A DNA stretch of 64,000 nt. Origin: an uncultured Eubacteriales bacterium (GTDB lineage: Bacteria > Bacillota > Clostridia > Oscillospirales > Oscillospiraceae). This document shows, one piece after another, positions 39,103 through 47,710 of this stretch. Position 1 is the first letter of the stretch; the number at the start of each line of letters is the position of its first letter. The stretch lies in contig URQA01000001.1 of the NCBI GenBank assembly GCA_900549885.1, positions 19,335 through 83,334 on the forward strand. The letters run 5' to 3'. The position numbers and the translations under genes were made by a program. Under the pieces are notes generated by a model. The model was not told the origin of the DNA. It worked only from the letters and a program-made list of their open reading frames with translations, and did not search any database.

Positions 39103-39381
39103 ATGTACGAAGACAAGACTTTAGTGTGCAAAGAGTGTGGCCAGGAGTTCGTGTTCACCGCTGGTGAGCAGGAATTCTACGCAGAGCGCGGCTTCCAGAA
39201 TGAGCCTCAGCGCTGCAAGTCCTGCCGCGACGCCCGCAAGGCTGCTGCCCGTGGCCCCCGTGAGTATTTTACCGCTACCTGCGCTGCCTGCGGTGGTGAG
39301 GCTCGGGTTCCCTTTGAGCCTAAGTCTGACCGTCCTGTGTATTGCAGTGAGTGCTTCGCCAAGATGCGCGGCGAGGGCTGA
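39103..39381 (+). CDS. Double zinc-ribbon (zf-trcl + CxxC-x17-CxxC) protein
   Basis: DKTLVCKECGQEFVFTAGEQEFY..RGF.NEP.RC..CR; C..CG...VPF.P...RPVYCSECF. Confidence 0.92.
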   Translation: MYEDKTLVCKECGQEFVFTAGEQEFYAERGFQNEPQRCKSCRDARKAAARGPREYFTATCAACGGEARVPFEPKSDRPVYCSECFAKMRGEG

Positions 39382-39398
39382 ACCTTAAAAGACAGGGA

Positions 39399-39434
39399 AA
39401 CCGGCACAGCCAATGGCTGTGCCGGTTCTTTTTT
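39399..39434 (+). terminator. Intrinsic terminator
   Basis: AACCGGCACAGCCA/TGGCTGTGCCGGTT plus T run. Confidence 0.85.
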
Positions 39435-39514
39435 GATGCGGGACAACTAGTAAGCTCACCCGGAATAACTGATTTCCGCGGTTTTACATCCCAAGGCATT
39501 TTTTATGCTTTCCC

Positions 39515-39543
39515 TTGTCCTGTGTGAGAAACCATGATATAAT
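39515..39543 (+). promoter_or_regulatory. SigA promoter of purB-pfkA
   Basis: TTGTCC-17-TATAAT with extended -10 TG. Confidence 0.7.
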
Positions 39544-39603
39544 ACCGGACAGATGGAAACGTAAAAAACGCTGGATTTCAGCGCAGAGAGGTCGTGTTTC
39601 AAG

Positions 39604-41040
39604 GTGAACAAACCAATTTATGAAAGCCCGCTGTCATCCCGCTATGCCAGCGATGAGATGCAGTATATTTTCTCTCCGGATAAAAAGTTCTCCACCTGGC
39701 GGCGCCTGTGGGTGGCCCTGGCCCGGGCTGAGATGGAGCTGGGCCTGCCAGTGACTCAGGAGCAGATCAATGAGATGGAGGCCCATCTCACGGATATTGA
39801 TTATGAGCTGGCGGCGCAAAAGGAGCAGGAGCTGCGCCACGATGTGATGGCCCATATTCATACCTTTGGCACGGTCTGCCCCAAGGCTATGCCGATCATT
39901 CACTTGGGGGCCACCAGCTGCTATGTGGGAGATAACACCGATGTCATCATTATGCGGGAAGGGCTGTATTTGATCCGGGATAAGCTGGTTCGGGTGTTGG
40001 CCCGCTTGGCCAAGTTTGCGGAAGCATATAAGGCACTGCCTACTTTGGGCTTTACCCATTTCCAGGCTGCCCAGCTGGTGACAGTCGGCAAGCGGGCCAC
40101 CCTGTGGATGAATGAGCTGCTTATGGATCTACACGAGGTGGAGTACCGTATTGATACCCTGAAGCTGCTGGGCTGTAAGGGAACCACTGGCACTCAGGCT
40201 TCTTTCCTGGAGCTGTTCGAGGGTGATCATGAAAAGTGCAAGGACCTGGACCGTCGCATTGCCCGGGAGATGGGCTTTGCGGATACCGTCCCTGTCTCCG
40301 GTCAGACTTACTCCCGGAAAGTGGACTCGGCTATTTTGAATACGTTGTCCGGTATCGCCCAGTCGGCCAGCAAATTCGCCAACGACATGCGCCTGCTGTG
40401 CCACTTGAAAGAGGTGGAAGAGCCCTTTGAGAGCAAGCAGATCGGTTCGTCCGCCATGCCCTATAAGCGTAACCCCATGCGCTGTGAGCGCATTTGCGCC
40501 CTGGCGCGGTATGTAATGGCAGACGCTGTGAATCCGGCGGTGACCGCCGCTACCCAATGGTTTGAACGAACCCTGGACGACTCTGCCAACAAGCGCATCT
40601 CCGTGCCCGAGGCGTTCCTGGCCGTGGATGCAATCCTGAACATCTACGAAAATGTGGCTTCCGGCCTAGTGGTCCATGAGAAGGTCATTGAAAAGCATGT
40701 TCTGGAAGAACTGCCCTTCATGGCCAGCGAGAACATTATGATGGACGCAGTAAAGCGGGGCGGCAACCGGCAGGAGCTTCACGAGCGTATCCGCCAGCAC
40801 TCGCTGGAGGCTGGTAAAAATGTGAAGGATCGTGGCTTGAACAACAACCTGATTGATTTAATTGCAGAGGATCCCATGTTCGGATTGACCCGGGAGGAAC
40901 TGACCGCTCATTTGGAGCCGTCCCGTTATATCGGTCGCTGTCCGGAGCAGGTGAGCGACTTCCTGTCCAGAGATGTGCAGCCGGTCCTGGAACGGTATGC
41001 CAGCGCGCTCACCGGCGGCCACAGTGAATTGAAGGTCTGA
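39604..41040 (+). CDS. purB: Adenylosuccinate lyase
   Basis: SPLSSRY, RHDVMAH, HLGATS, GSSAMPYKRNP. Confidence 0.97.
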   Translation: MNKPIYESPLSSRYASDEMQYIFSPDKKFSTWRRLWVALARAEMELGLPVTQEQINEMEAHLTDIDYELAAQKEQELRHDVMAHIHTFGTVCPKAMPIIHLGATSCYVGDNTDVIIMREGLYLIRDKLVRVLARLAKFAEAYKALPTLGFTHFQAAQLVTVGKRATLWMNELLMDLHEVEYRIDTLKLLGCKGTTGTQASFLELFEGDHEKCKDLDRRIAREMGFADTVPVSGQTYSRKVDSAILNTLSGIAQSASKFANDMRLLCHLKEVEEPFESKQIGSSAMPYKRNPMRCERICALARYVMADAVNPAVTAATQWFERTLDDSANKRISVPEAFLAVDAILNIYENVASGLVVHEKVIEKHVLEELPFMASENIMMDAVKRGGNRQELHERIRQHSLEAGKNVKDRGLNNNLIDLIAEDPMFGLTREELTAHLEPSRYIGRCPEQVSDFLSRDVQPVLERYASALTGGHSELKV

Positions 41041-41086
41041 ATGCCTGCTGGAAGCGGGTGAAATATGTGTTTTGGGAGGTTGGAAC

Positions 41087-42070
41087 ATGGATAAGCCAAT
41101 TCGCCGCATTGGCGTATTCACCAGTGGTGGTGATGCTCCAGGGATGAATGCCGCTATCCGAGCTGTGGTCCGGACTGCTCTGCATATGGGAATTGAGTGC
41201 ATTGGAATCCGACGTGGCTACCACGGGCTCATCAATGGAGACTTTATACCGCTGACTTTTGAAAGCGTCAGTGGACTGTCTCGCCGGGGTGGGACAATGC
41301 TCTACTCCGCCCGCAGTGAGGACTTCAAGGCTAAGCTGGGGCAGGAAAAAGCCATGGCAACCTGCAAGCTACTGGGGTTGGACGCCCTGGTAGGCATCGG
41401 GGGCGACGGTACCTTTCGGGGCCTGCTGGCCCTGGCCCAACAGGGAATCTCGGTCATTGGGATTCCCGGCACGATTGACAATGACATCGCCTGCTCTACC
41501 TATACCATTGGCTATGATACTGCCTGCAATACCGCTCTGGAGTGTATCGATAAGCTCCGTGATACCATGCAGTCCCATGAGCGTTGTTCTGTGGTGGAGG
41601 TCATGGGTCGCCATGCTGGCCACCTGGCGCTGAATGTGGGGGTGGCTTGCGGAGCCACAGCCGTCGTGGTGCCAGAAAAAGAACTCGATTATGAACAGGA
41701 TCTCATGGAACCGATCCGAAGATCCAGGTTGGGCGGCCGAACTCACTTCATGGTGATCGTGGCTGAGGGAGTCCCAGGCGGAGCCTATGGCGTGGCAAAA
41801 AAGATCAATGAATCCACTGCATTGGACACACGTGTGACGATTTTAGGCCACGTTCAGCGCGGGGGCGCTCCCACCTCGGAAGACCGGGTTGCAGCTACAT
41901 ATATGGGATATGAGGCGGTTCGTCTGCTCTCAGAGGGAAAGACCTGCCGTGTAGTGGCTATGAACGGTGATAAATACGTTGATTATGACATTACCGAAGC
42001 CCTGTCTATGACCAAGGGCCTGGATGAGCAAACCTATACCGTCATGCGGGCTCTGACCGGCGTATCTTGA
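41087..42070 (+). CDS. pfkA: ATP-dependent 6-phosphofructokinase
   Basis: TSGGDAPGMN, GGDGT, PGTIDND, EVMGR, LGHVQRGG. Confidence 0.96.
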   Translation: MDKPIRRIGVFTSGGDAPGMNAAIRAVVRTALHMGIECIGIRRGYHGLINGDFIPLTFESVSGLSRRGGTMLYSARSEDFKAKLGQEKAMATCKLLGLDALVGIGGDGTFRGLLALAQQGISVIGIPGTIDNDIACSTYTIGYDTACNTALECIDKLRDTMQSHERCSVVEVMGRHAGHLALNVGVACGATAVVVPEKELDYEQDLMEPIRRSRLGGRTHFMVIVAEGVPGGAYGVAKKINESTALDTRVTILGHVQRGGAPTSEDRVAATYMGYEAVRLLSEGKTCRVVAMNGDKYVDYDITEALSMTKGLDEQTYTVMRALTGVS

Positions 42071-42083
42071 CTTAAAATCAAGA

Positions 42084-42125
42084 AGGGAAAGACCGCTGTC
42101 CTGTTTAGGACAGCGGTCTTTCCCT
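42084..42125. terminator. Hairpin between convergent pfkA and cotJC
   Basis: Perfect 19-bp inverted repeat AGGGAAAGACCGCTGTCCT/AGGACAGCGGTCTTTCCCT. Confidence 0.75.
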
Positions 42126-42152
42126 ATTAAGCAGATCCCAAAGTCAAATTTC

Positions 42153-42749
42153 TCACTTGTCAAAAGCAGGGTTATAGAGGTATACATTCTTTCGATCCAT
42201 TTTTTCTTTGGCTAGCTCCACTGCCTCGCCAAACCGCTGGAAGTGTACGACCTCCCGCTCCCGCAGAAAGCGAATAACATCGTTAACGTCTGGATCGTCA
42301 GACAGGCGGAGAATATTGTCATAGGTGACCCGTGCCTTTTGCTCTGCGGCCATATCCTCTGTTAAGTCACAGATGACATCGCCCTTAACAGCCATGGAGG
42401 CCGCGTTGTAGGGCCATCCGGAAGCTGCGGTCGGATAAACACCGGTGGTATGGTCCACAAAGTAGGCGTCAAAGCCTGCCTGACGGATCTGTTCATCATT
42501 GAGTTTGCGGGTAAGCTGGTGGATGATGGCTCCAATCATCTCCAGATGCCCCAGCTCTTCGGTTCCGATGTCGGTGAGCAGCCCTTTCAGCTCGGGATAA
42601 GGCATGGCATACCGCTGGCTAAGATAGCGCAACGAGGCGCCCAACTCTCCATCGGGCCCGCCATATTGGGAAATAATTACAGAGGCCAGCTTCGGATTCG
42701 TGTTTCTGATCCGTACCGGATATTGTAGCTTTTTCTGATATACGAACAT
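42153..42749 (-). CDS. cotJC: Manganese catalase-family spore coat protein
   Basis: YQKKLQYPV, QYGGPDGEL.A, DIGTEELGH.E, AAEQKAR, REVVHFQRF. Confidence 0.95.
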   Translation of the reverse strand: MFVYQKKLQYPVRIRNTNPKLASVIISQYGGPDGELGASLRYLSQRYAMPYPELKGLLTDIGTEELGHLEMIGAIIHQLTRKLNDEQIRQAGFDAYFVDHTTGVYPTAASGWPYNAASMAVKGDVICDLTEDMAAEQKARVTYDNILRLSDDPDVNDVIRFLREREVVHFQRFGEAVELAKEKMDRKNVYLYNPAFDK

Positions 42750-43213
42750 TATTTCTTCCCTCCATCCTTGCTGTACTCCCAGGGCCAGGGATCATTAAGC
42801 CAAGTGGTGTAAGCTCCGGCTTTGGCCGCATCAGTCTGGAATAGTGGGCCATACATAGCCGTATAACGGGCCCGGCCTTCCTCCGCCAGGCGGACATACT
42901 GCTGGAAGAGAGAAAATGCCTCTGTGTCATCCTGATGAGTGTCTAGATAAAGGCCCAACTCTGTAATGACAAACTCCAATGCCTGGATTTCTGCTGCGGC
43001 GCTGTTGGCAGGGGAGGCCGCGTCTACCTTAACATGGAAGGGAAGATTCAGGCCGGGGAATAGGGTCCCATTGGCCAGAGCATCCATCTGAGAATATTTT
43101 TTGCTGCCTTGCTGCTGAAAAGGCACATAAGGCACAGCAAGGGGCGCGCAAGAGGGAAGTGTCCCGCATGCGTCGTCACAAGGGCGGACCACGCCGCCTG
43201 GATTAGTCTCCAA
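42749..43213 (-). CDS. cotJB: CotJA-CotJB fusion spore coat protein
   Basis: CotJA motif LAVPYVPFQ..Y...AL..GTLFP.L in frame with CotJB motifs ELGLYLDTH, YGPL, W...PWPWE. Confidence 0.88.
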   Translation of the reverse strand: METNPGGVVRPCDDACGTLPSCAPLAVPYVPFQQQGSKKYSQMDALANGTLFPGLNLPFHVKVDAASPANSAAAEIQALEFVITELGLYLDTHQDDTEAFSLFQQYVRLAEEGRARYTAMYGPLFQTDAAKAGAYTTWLNDPWPWEYSKDGGKK

Positions 43214-43257
43214 GTTGATTCCTCCTCAGGAAGATATTTTGACAATTCCTGTCGAGC

Positions 43258-43286
43258 TATTCTATGTTCCTTGCTTCTCGGCGGTG
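43258..43286 (-). promoter_or_regulatory. SigK-type promoter of cotJ
   Basis: Minus strand CAC-17-CATAGAATA. Confidence 0.55.
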
Positions 43287-43376
43287 AGCGGAGCAGGGAG
43301 GGGACGCTTGTGCTTTGGGAAAAGCTGTGTTAAAATAATTGTGCCTCTCATATGGTTTTGGGGGAGGTGCAACTGG

Positions 43377-44084
43377 ATGAAGCGAGTTTTTCTAATCCTG
43401 TTTGCTGGTTTGCTTTGTCTATCAATTCCGCTACTGGTGGTATTGGGGGTCAAACGCGCCAGACAGCCTAGGCAAGTATTTGATTCAGTGGCTTATCAGA
43501 ACCGGATTTTGGTGTTGGATGCCGGACATGGCGGTGAGGATGGCGGCGCAGTTTCTGCTGCGGGGGATAAGGAAAGTGACATCAATCTCGCCATTGTCCT
43601 CCGGTTGGAGCAAATCATGGGATTGTATGGGGTACCTGTAGTGCTCACCCGCAGCGATGACCGTTCAATCCATGACCAGGACGCTGCGACTCTGCGTGAG
43701 AAAAAAGTTTCTGACTTAAAAAATCGGCTGGCCTTAGTATCAGAGCTGAACAATGCGGTTCTACTCAGTGTTCATCAAAATTCTTACACCGATTCACGCT
43801 ATTCTGGAGCACAGGTCTTTTATGCCTCATCTGAGGAAAGCAAGCAGTGGGCGGAGCACACTCAGGGGCTATTGCGCTCGGTTCTGGACGAGTCAAACGA
43901 CAGAAGCGCCAAAGAGATTCCGGACACGGTATATTTGATGAACCATGTGTCTTGTCCAGCCATCTTGGTGGAATGCGGCTTTATGAGCAATGGAGAGGAG
44001 GTCTCTCTCCTTTTGACTCATGGGTATCAAACGAAAATTGCCACGGCTTTGGCCGTGGCCTGTGTACAATATCTCCGGCAATAA
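43377..44084 (+). CDS. cwlD: N-acetylmuramoyl-L-alanine amidase (CwlD-like)
   Basis: N-terminal TM segment; LDAGHGGEDGGA, ESDINL, KKVSDLKNR, SVHQNS, GAQVFY, LVECGFMSN. Confidence 0.85.
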   Translation: MKRVFLILFAGLLCLSIPLLVVLGVKRARQPRQVFDSVAYQNRILVLDAGHGGEDGGAVSAAGDKESDINLAIVLRLEQIMGLYGVPVVLTRSDDRSIHDQDAATLREKKVSDLKNRLALVSELNNAVLLSVHQNSYTDSRYSGAQVFYASSEESKQWAEHTQGLLRSVLDESNDRSAKEIPDTVYLMNHVSCPAILVECGFMSNGEEVSLLLTHGYQTKIATALAVACVQYLRQ

Positions 44085-44106
44085 CCGGAGGCAGGAGAGG
44101 TGCCAG

Positions 44107-45466
44107 ATGGCAAAGAAAACGCTGTTTTACTGTACAGAGTGTGGAAACGAAACCCTGCGGTGGCAGGGGAGGTGTTCCGCGTGCGGAGCTTGGAATACCA
44201 TCGTGGAACAGCCTGTTCAGGATGAGAAAAAACGGGGTCCGGGACGGCCATCTCCCGTCCATTCCACCAAGCCTCAGCCTCTAACCCAAGTGGAAACCAC
44301 TGATGAGCTCCGATTCCTCACTGGGATGGGAGAACTGGACCGAGTTTTGGGGGGTGGAGCAGTACGTGGCTCTCTGGTGCTGGTAGGAGGTGCACCTGGT
44401 ATCGGAAAGTCCACCCTGATGCTCCAGATCTGCGATAACCTATGCCAGTCTTTTTCGGTTCTTTATGTATCTGGTGAGGAATCGGAGCGGCAGATTAAGC
44501 TGCGAGCTGAACGCTTGGGGGTTAGGGGGGAGAGTCTATACCTCTATTCTCAGACAAGCTTGGATAACATTATAGAGTCAGTAAACGAGCTTAGTCCAGA
44601 CATCTTGATCGTCGATTCCATCCAGACGCTGTATAACGGAGAAAATACATCTCCGCCGGGGAGCGTCGCCCAGGTCAAGGACTGCACTATGTCTCTGATG
44701 CAGTTGGCAAAAGGGCAGGGGATTACCATTTTTGTCATCGGCCATGTGAATAAAGAAGGCTCCATTGCCGGGCCGAAGGTTCTAGAGCATATGGTGGATT
44801 GTGTGCTCTATTTTGAGGGAGAGCAGCATAACAGCTACCGGATCCTACGGGCAGCCAAGAACCGCTTTGGCGCCACCAATGAGATCGGGGTATTCGAAAT
44901 GGCGGACAATGGGCTGGATGAGGTGCCAAACCCCTCCGAGGCACTGCTGTCCGGCAGGCCCACGGATACCCCCGGCACCTGTGTCACCTGTGTCATGGAG
45001 GGGAACCGCCCCGTGCTGGCTGAGGTCCAAGCGTTGATGACCGCATCAGGCTATGGCAATCCTCGGCGGTCCAGCAACGGATTCGACTATAATCGCGCCA
45101 TGATGCTGTTGGCCGTTCTGGAAAAGCGGGGCGGCCTGATGCTGTCCAACTGCGACGCCTACATCAATGTCATCGGCGGGTTATTTTTGGGGGGAGCCGG
45201 CGGCGGACCTAGCCATGATGATCGCGCTGGCCTCCAGCTTCCGGGATAAAGCGGTCCCGGCTGACCTTGTCGCAGTGGGGGAGGTTGGGTTGACCGGAGA
45301 ACTGCGCCCAGTGAACGCACTGGGACAGCGGTTATCCGAGATCCGCCGGCTGGGCTTCACCAAATGCCTGGTCCCATACCGGACTACAGGGCGTCTGCCG
45401 GAGCTACCTGGACTGGAACTGATTCGGGTCAAAAATATCCGCCAGGCTCTGGCGGTTCTTGTTTAA
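44107..45466 (+). pseudogene. radA: radA/sms split by a +1 frameshift at 45184-45194 (real lesion or assembly error)
   Basis: C4 zinc finger, GAPGIGKST and KNRFG in frame 1; EPAADLA and GEVGLTGELR continue in frame 2 after a T5G6 run. Confidence 0.8.
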
Positions 45467-45602
45467 CTGTGCTTTGAAGCCTCGGAGTAAAATCGACACA
45501 ATAATCGTTCGGCGTCGCTTTTTGATTTTTCCCAGTGGATTCCAGAGTGCAATAGCCGTCGTTTTGATAGATACAGTTTTGCGTGCATCGGATCAGGCTC
45601 AT
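45429..45602 (-). CDS. Small 4-Cys protein, 57 aa (DUF1540-like), absent from the ORF track
   Basis: AGGAGG RBS; MSLIRCTQNCIYQNDGYCTLESTGKNQKATPNDYCVDFTPRLQSTVKQEPPEPGGYF. Confidence 0.75.
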   Translation of the reverse strand: MSLIRCTQNCIYQNDGYCTLESTGKNQKATPNDYCVDFTPRLQSTVKQEPPEPGGYF

Positions 45603-45797
45603 AGAAATTCCTCCTATAGAAAATTGAATTTGGAGGGTAAGATAGTTATTCCTAGTGTAATCGAAAGCGCGTCGGATTATGCTTTATCCTCAGGTATGAG
45701 AATTACTTTCATCGGAACTTCACAGGGGAAAGTCAAAAGGAGGAAAGGAGGAGACGGGAAAAACCAGTTAGATTGGTCGGTATGTGAAGGCAGTTTC

Positions 45798-45831
45798 TCA
45801 ACTCAACAAAATAAAAATTTTGTTGAGTTGA
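45798..45831. other. Candidate recombinase-binding (dif-like) site A, perfect palindrome
   Basis: TCA-ACTCAACAAAA-TAAAAA-TTTTGTTGAGT-TGA, 49 bp upstream of the recombinase ATG. Confidence 0.6.
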
Positions 45832-45857
45832 AGGGGGGCTTTGATACCAGACGATCT

Positions 45858-45869
45858 GAACATCCGTTT
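45858..45869. promoter_or_regulatory. LexA/DinR (Cheo)-like box
   Basis: GAAC-ATCC-GTTT fits GAAC-N4-GTTY. Confidence 0.45.
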
Positions 45870-45880
45870 TTCCGGTACTT

Positions 45881-46921
45881 ATGACTGATTATCGCATTGA
45901 AGCTCCCGCCATCATTCGGGACTTTTTAACTTATCACGAAACCATCCAGGGTCATTCTCAGAAAACTGTGGACGAGTATTACCTGGATCTCCGAAATTTC
46001 TTTCGCTATATTAAATTGGAAAAAGGCTGTGTCCCACGTTCCACTGAATTGGACGATATTTCAATTGAGGATGTAAATCTGGAGCTTATTCGTTCTGTGC
46101 GGCTGAGCGATATCTATGCCTATATGAGTTTTCTCAGTCGGGACCGCGTCCGCAATGCCAGACGTCCGGATTCCGGACATGGATTGCAGGCGTCCACCAG
46201 GGCCAGAAAAGTTGCCACTATCCGCTCCTTTTACAAATACCTCACCAACAAGGCCAAGCTGCTGGAGGAAAACCCCATGCAGGACTTGGATTCCCCCAGG
46301 CAGCGCCAATCACTTCCCCGCTATCTCACTCTGGAAGAAAGCATCCAGCTTCTGGAAAGTGTGGATGGGGAAAATGCGGAGCGGGATTTCTGCATCCTCA
46401 CGCTGTTTTTGAACTGCGGCCTGCGGATCTCCGAGTTGTGCGGGCTCAATCTCACTGACGTCCGGGAGGACCGTCTGCGGGTATTGGGCAAAGGAAATAA
46501 AGAGCGGATAATTTACCTTAATGCAGCCTGTCAGGCGGCGATTCAGGATTGGCTGTCTGTCCGCTCCCGCTCCAGCGCGGCAGATCCCTATGCTCTGTTT
46601 ATCACTCGAAAGCACACAAGAGTTACGAAGGACGGCATCCACTACATGATCAAAAAACGCCTAACCGCTGCCGGGTTGGACAGCAGTAAATATTCCGCCC
46701 ACAAACTCCGGCATACTGCTGCCACTCTGATGCTCCAAAATGGCGTGGATGTGCGCACCCTTCAGGAAGTGTTGGGGCATGAGCACCTGAATACTACCCA
46801 AATCTATACCCATGTCAACAGCGAATCCATGAAATCTGCCGCCCAAGCCAATCCGCTGGGGACGGTTAAGCGCCGGGGCCGGCCGAAAAAAAAGCCCAAG
46901 GAATCAGCAACTGAAAACTAA
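45881..46921 (+). CDS. Tyrosine recombinase (XerC/XerS-like)
   Basis: Complete R-K-H-R-H-Y set: GLRISEL, GKGNKER, HKLRH, LGH, TQIY; 346 aa with an extended N-domain. Confidence 0.93.
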   Translation: MTDYRIEAPAIIRDFLTYHETIQGHSQKTVDEYYLDLRNFFRYIKLEKGCVPRSTELDDISIEDVNLELIRSVRLSDIYAYMSFLSRDRVRNARRPDSGHGLQASTRARKVATIRSFYKYLTNKAKLLEENPMQDLDSPRQRQSLPRYLTLEESIQLLESVDGENAERDFCILTLFLNCGLRISELCGLNLTDVREDRLRVLGKGNKERIIYLNAACQAAIQDWLSVRSRSSAADPYALFITRKHTRVTKDGIHYMIKKRLTAAGLDSSKYSAHKLRHTAATLMLQNGVDVRTLQEVLGHEHLNTTQIYTHVNSESMKSAAQANPLGTVKRRGRPKKKPKESATEN

Positions 46922-46926
46922 AGTAC

Positions 46927-46973
46927 AGCCAGGGGCTGACTGCACGGCTTATAAGCCCGGTCAGTCCCTGGCT
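46927..46973. terminator. Hairpin between convergent genes
   Basis: AGCCAGGGGCTGAC...GTCAGTCCCTGGCT. Confidence 0.6.
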
Positions 46974-47016
46974 ATTGAAATGCAAATATATTCTCTCCAT
47001 GGCCGCTGTCAGACCG

Positions 47017-47532
47017 TCAGCCTTCTTCCTGAAAAATACCTAAAATATGTAGAAAACGCATCTCTTCTACATTTTCATAGGTATCGAGGGGCCGATTATC
47101 TACATCATTAGAATGGGCGGCCACCAGAATATTGTTCAGACTGGGTGGGAAACCCACGCTGACCACTACAGGTGTATGGGCAAATACATCCCCGCTTTCT
47201 GTAAAACGCAGCTGGACAAAATCCCCAGGTCGGATAAAATTAGGCGTGGTACTCATTCCCCAGGGCCCTACGGACAACTCACTTCGGGTCATGAAGTTCC
47301 AAAAATAGGGCACGCCGGCCCAGGCGGGAGCCCGATCCTCCGGGCTGATGTAATACCAACCGAACTCCGGCGTGAAGTTCATTACCCCTCCCCCTGCATA
47401 CAGGCATTGAGAGGCAAAATTAGTACAGTCTCCGCCGATTTGGCTGAAATCGTAGAATTCCGGATTCCGACCAAAAGCCCACTGATGAGCATATTCCACC
47501 GCCGCGCTACGGTTATAAGGTAGCAGGAGCAT
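47017..47532 (-). CDS. Amidase_6 (putative amidase, Cys-His type) domain protein
   Basis: YNRSAAVEYAHQWA, GGDCTNFASQ, PGD.VQ, H, VAAHS. Confidence 0.85.
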   Translation of the reverse strand: MLLLPYNRSAAVEYAHQWAFGRNPEFYDFSQIGGDCTNFASQCLYAGGGVMNFTPEFGWYYISPEDRAPAWAGVPYFWNFMTRSELSVGPWGMSTTPNFIRPGDFVQLRFTESGDVFAHTPVVVSVGFPPSLNNILVAAHSNDVDNRPLDTYENVEEMRFLHILGIFQEEG

Positions 47533-47552
47533 AGCATCCCTCCTTTTTCCAC

Positions 47553-47580
47553 ATCCTATGCAAAATCGGTTTGTCACGTG
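47553..47580 (-). promoter_or_regulatory. SigK-type promoter
   Basis: Minus strand CAC-17-CATAGGAT. Confidence 0.55.
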
Positions 47581-47645
47581 TCAGATTGCCTAAGGTTCAA
47601 GATTTCTTTTTGTCTGTTTTTCCTTGTGAAAGATGGGGGTTACCC

Positions 47646-47674
47646 TTGCTTTTTTTCAGTGATACTGATAAAAT
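47646..47674 (+). promoter_or_regulatory. SigA promoter of fba-pfp
   Basis: TTGCTT-17-TAAAAT with extended -10 TG. Confidence 0.65.
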
Positions 47675-47710
47675 CTTAACGTAAATTTTTAGGAACAGGA
47701 GTTGGTAAGT

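Noticed and set aside
43328..43356. SigE promoter for cwlD
   Set aside because: The -10 CATATGGT is plausible but the -35 match is too weak to call
45459..45884. 141-aa plus-strand ORF between radA and the recombinase
   Set aside because: No RBS or recognisable motif; it overlaps the better-supported minus-strand Cys ORF and the palindromic site
45881..46921. Recombinase as a prophage/ICE integrase
   Set aside because: No excisionase, phage or conjugation genes, no tRNA target or att direct repeats; flanked by core genes
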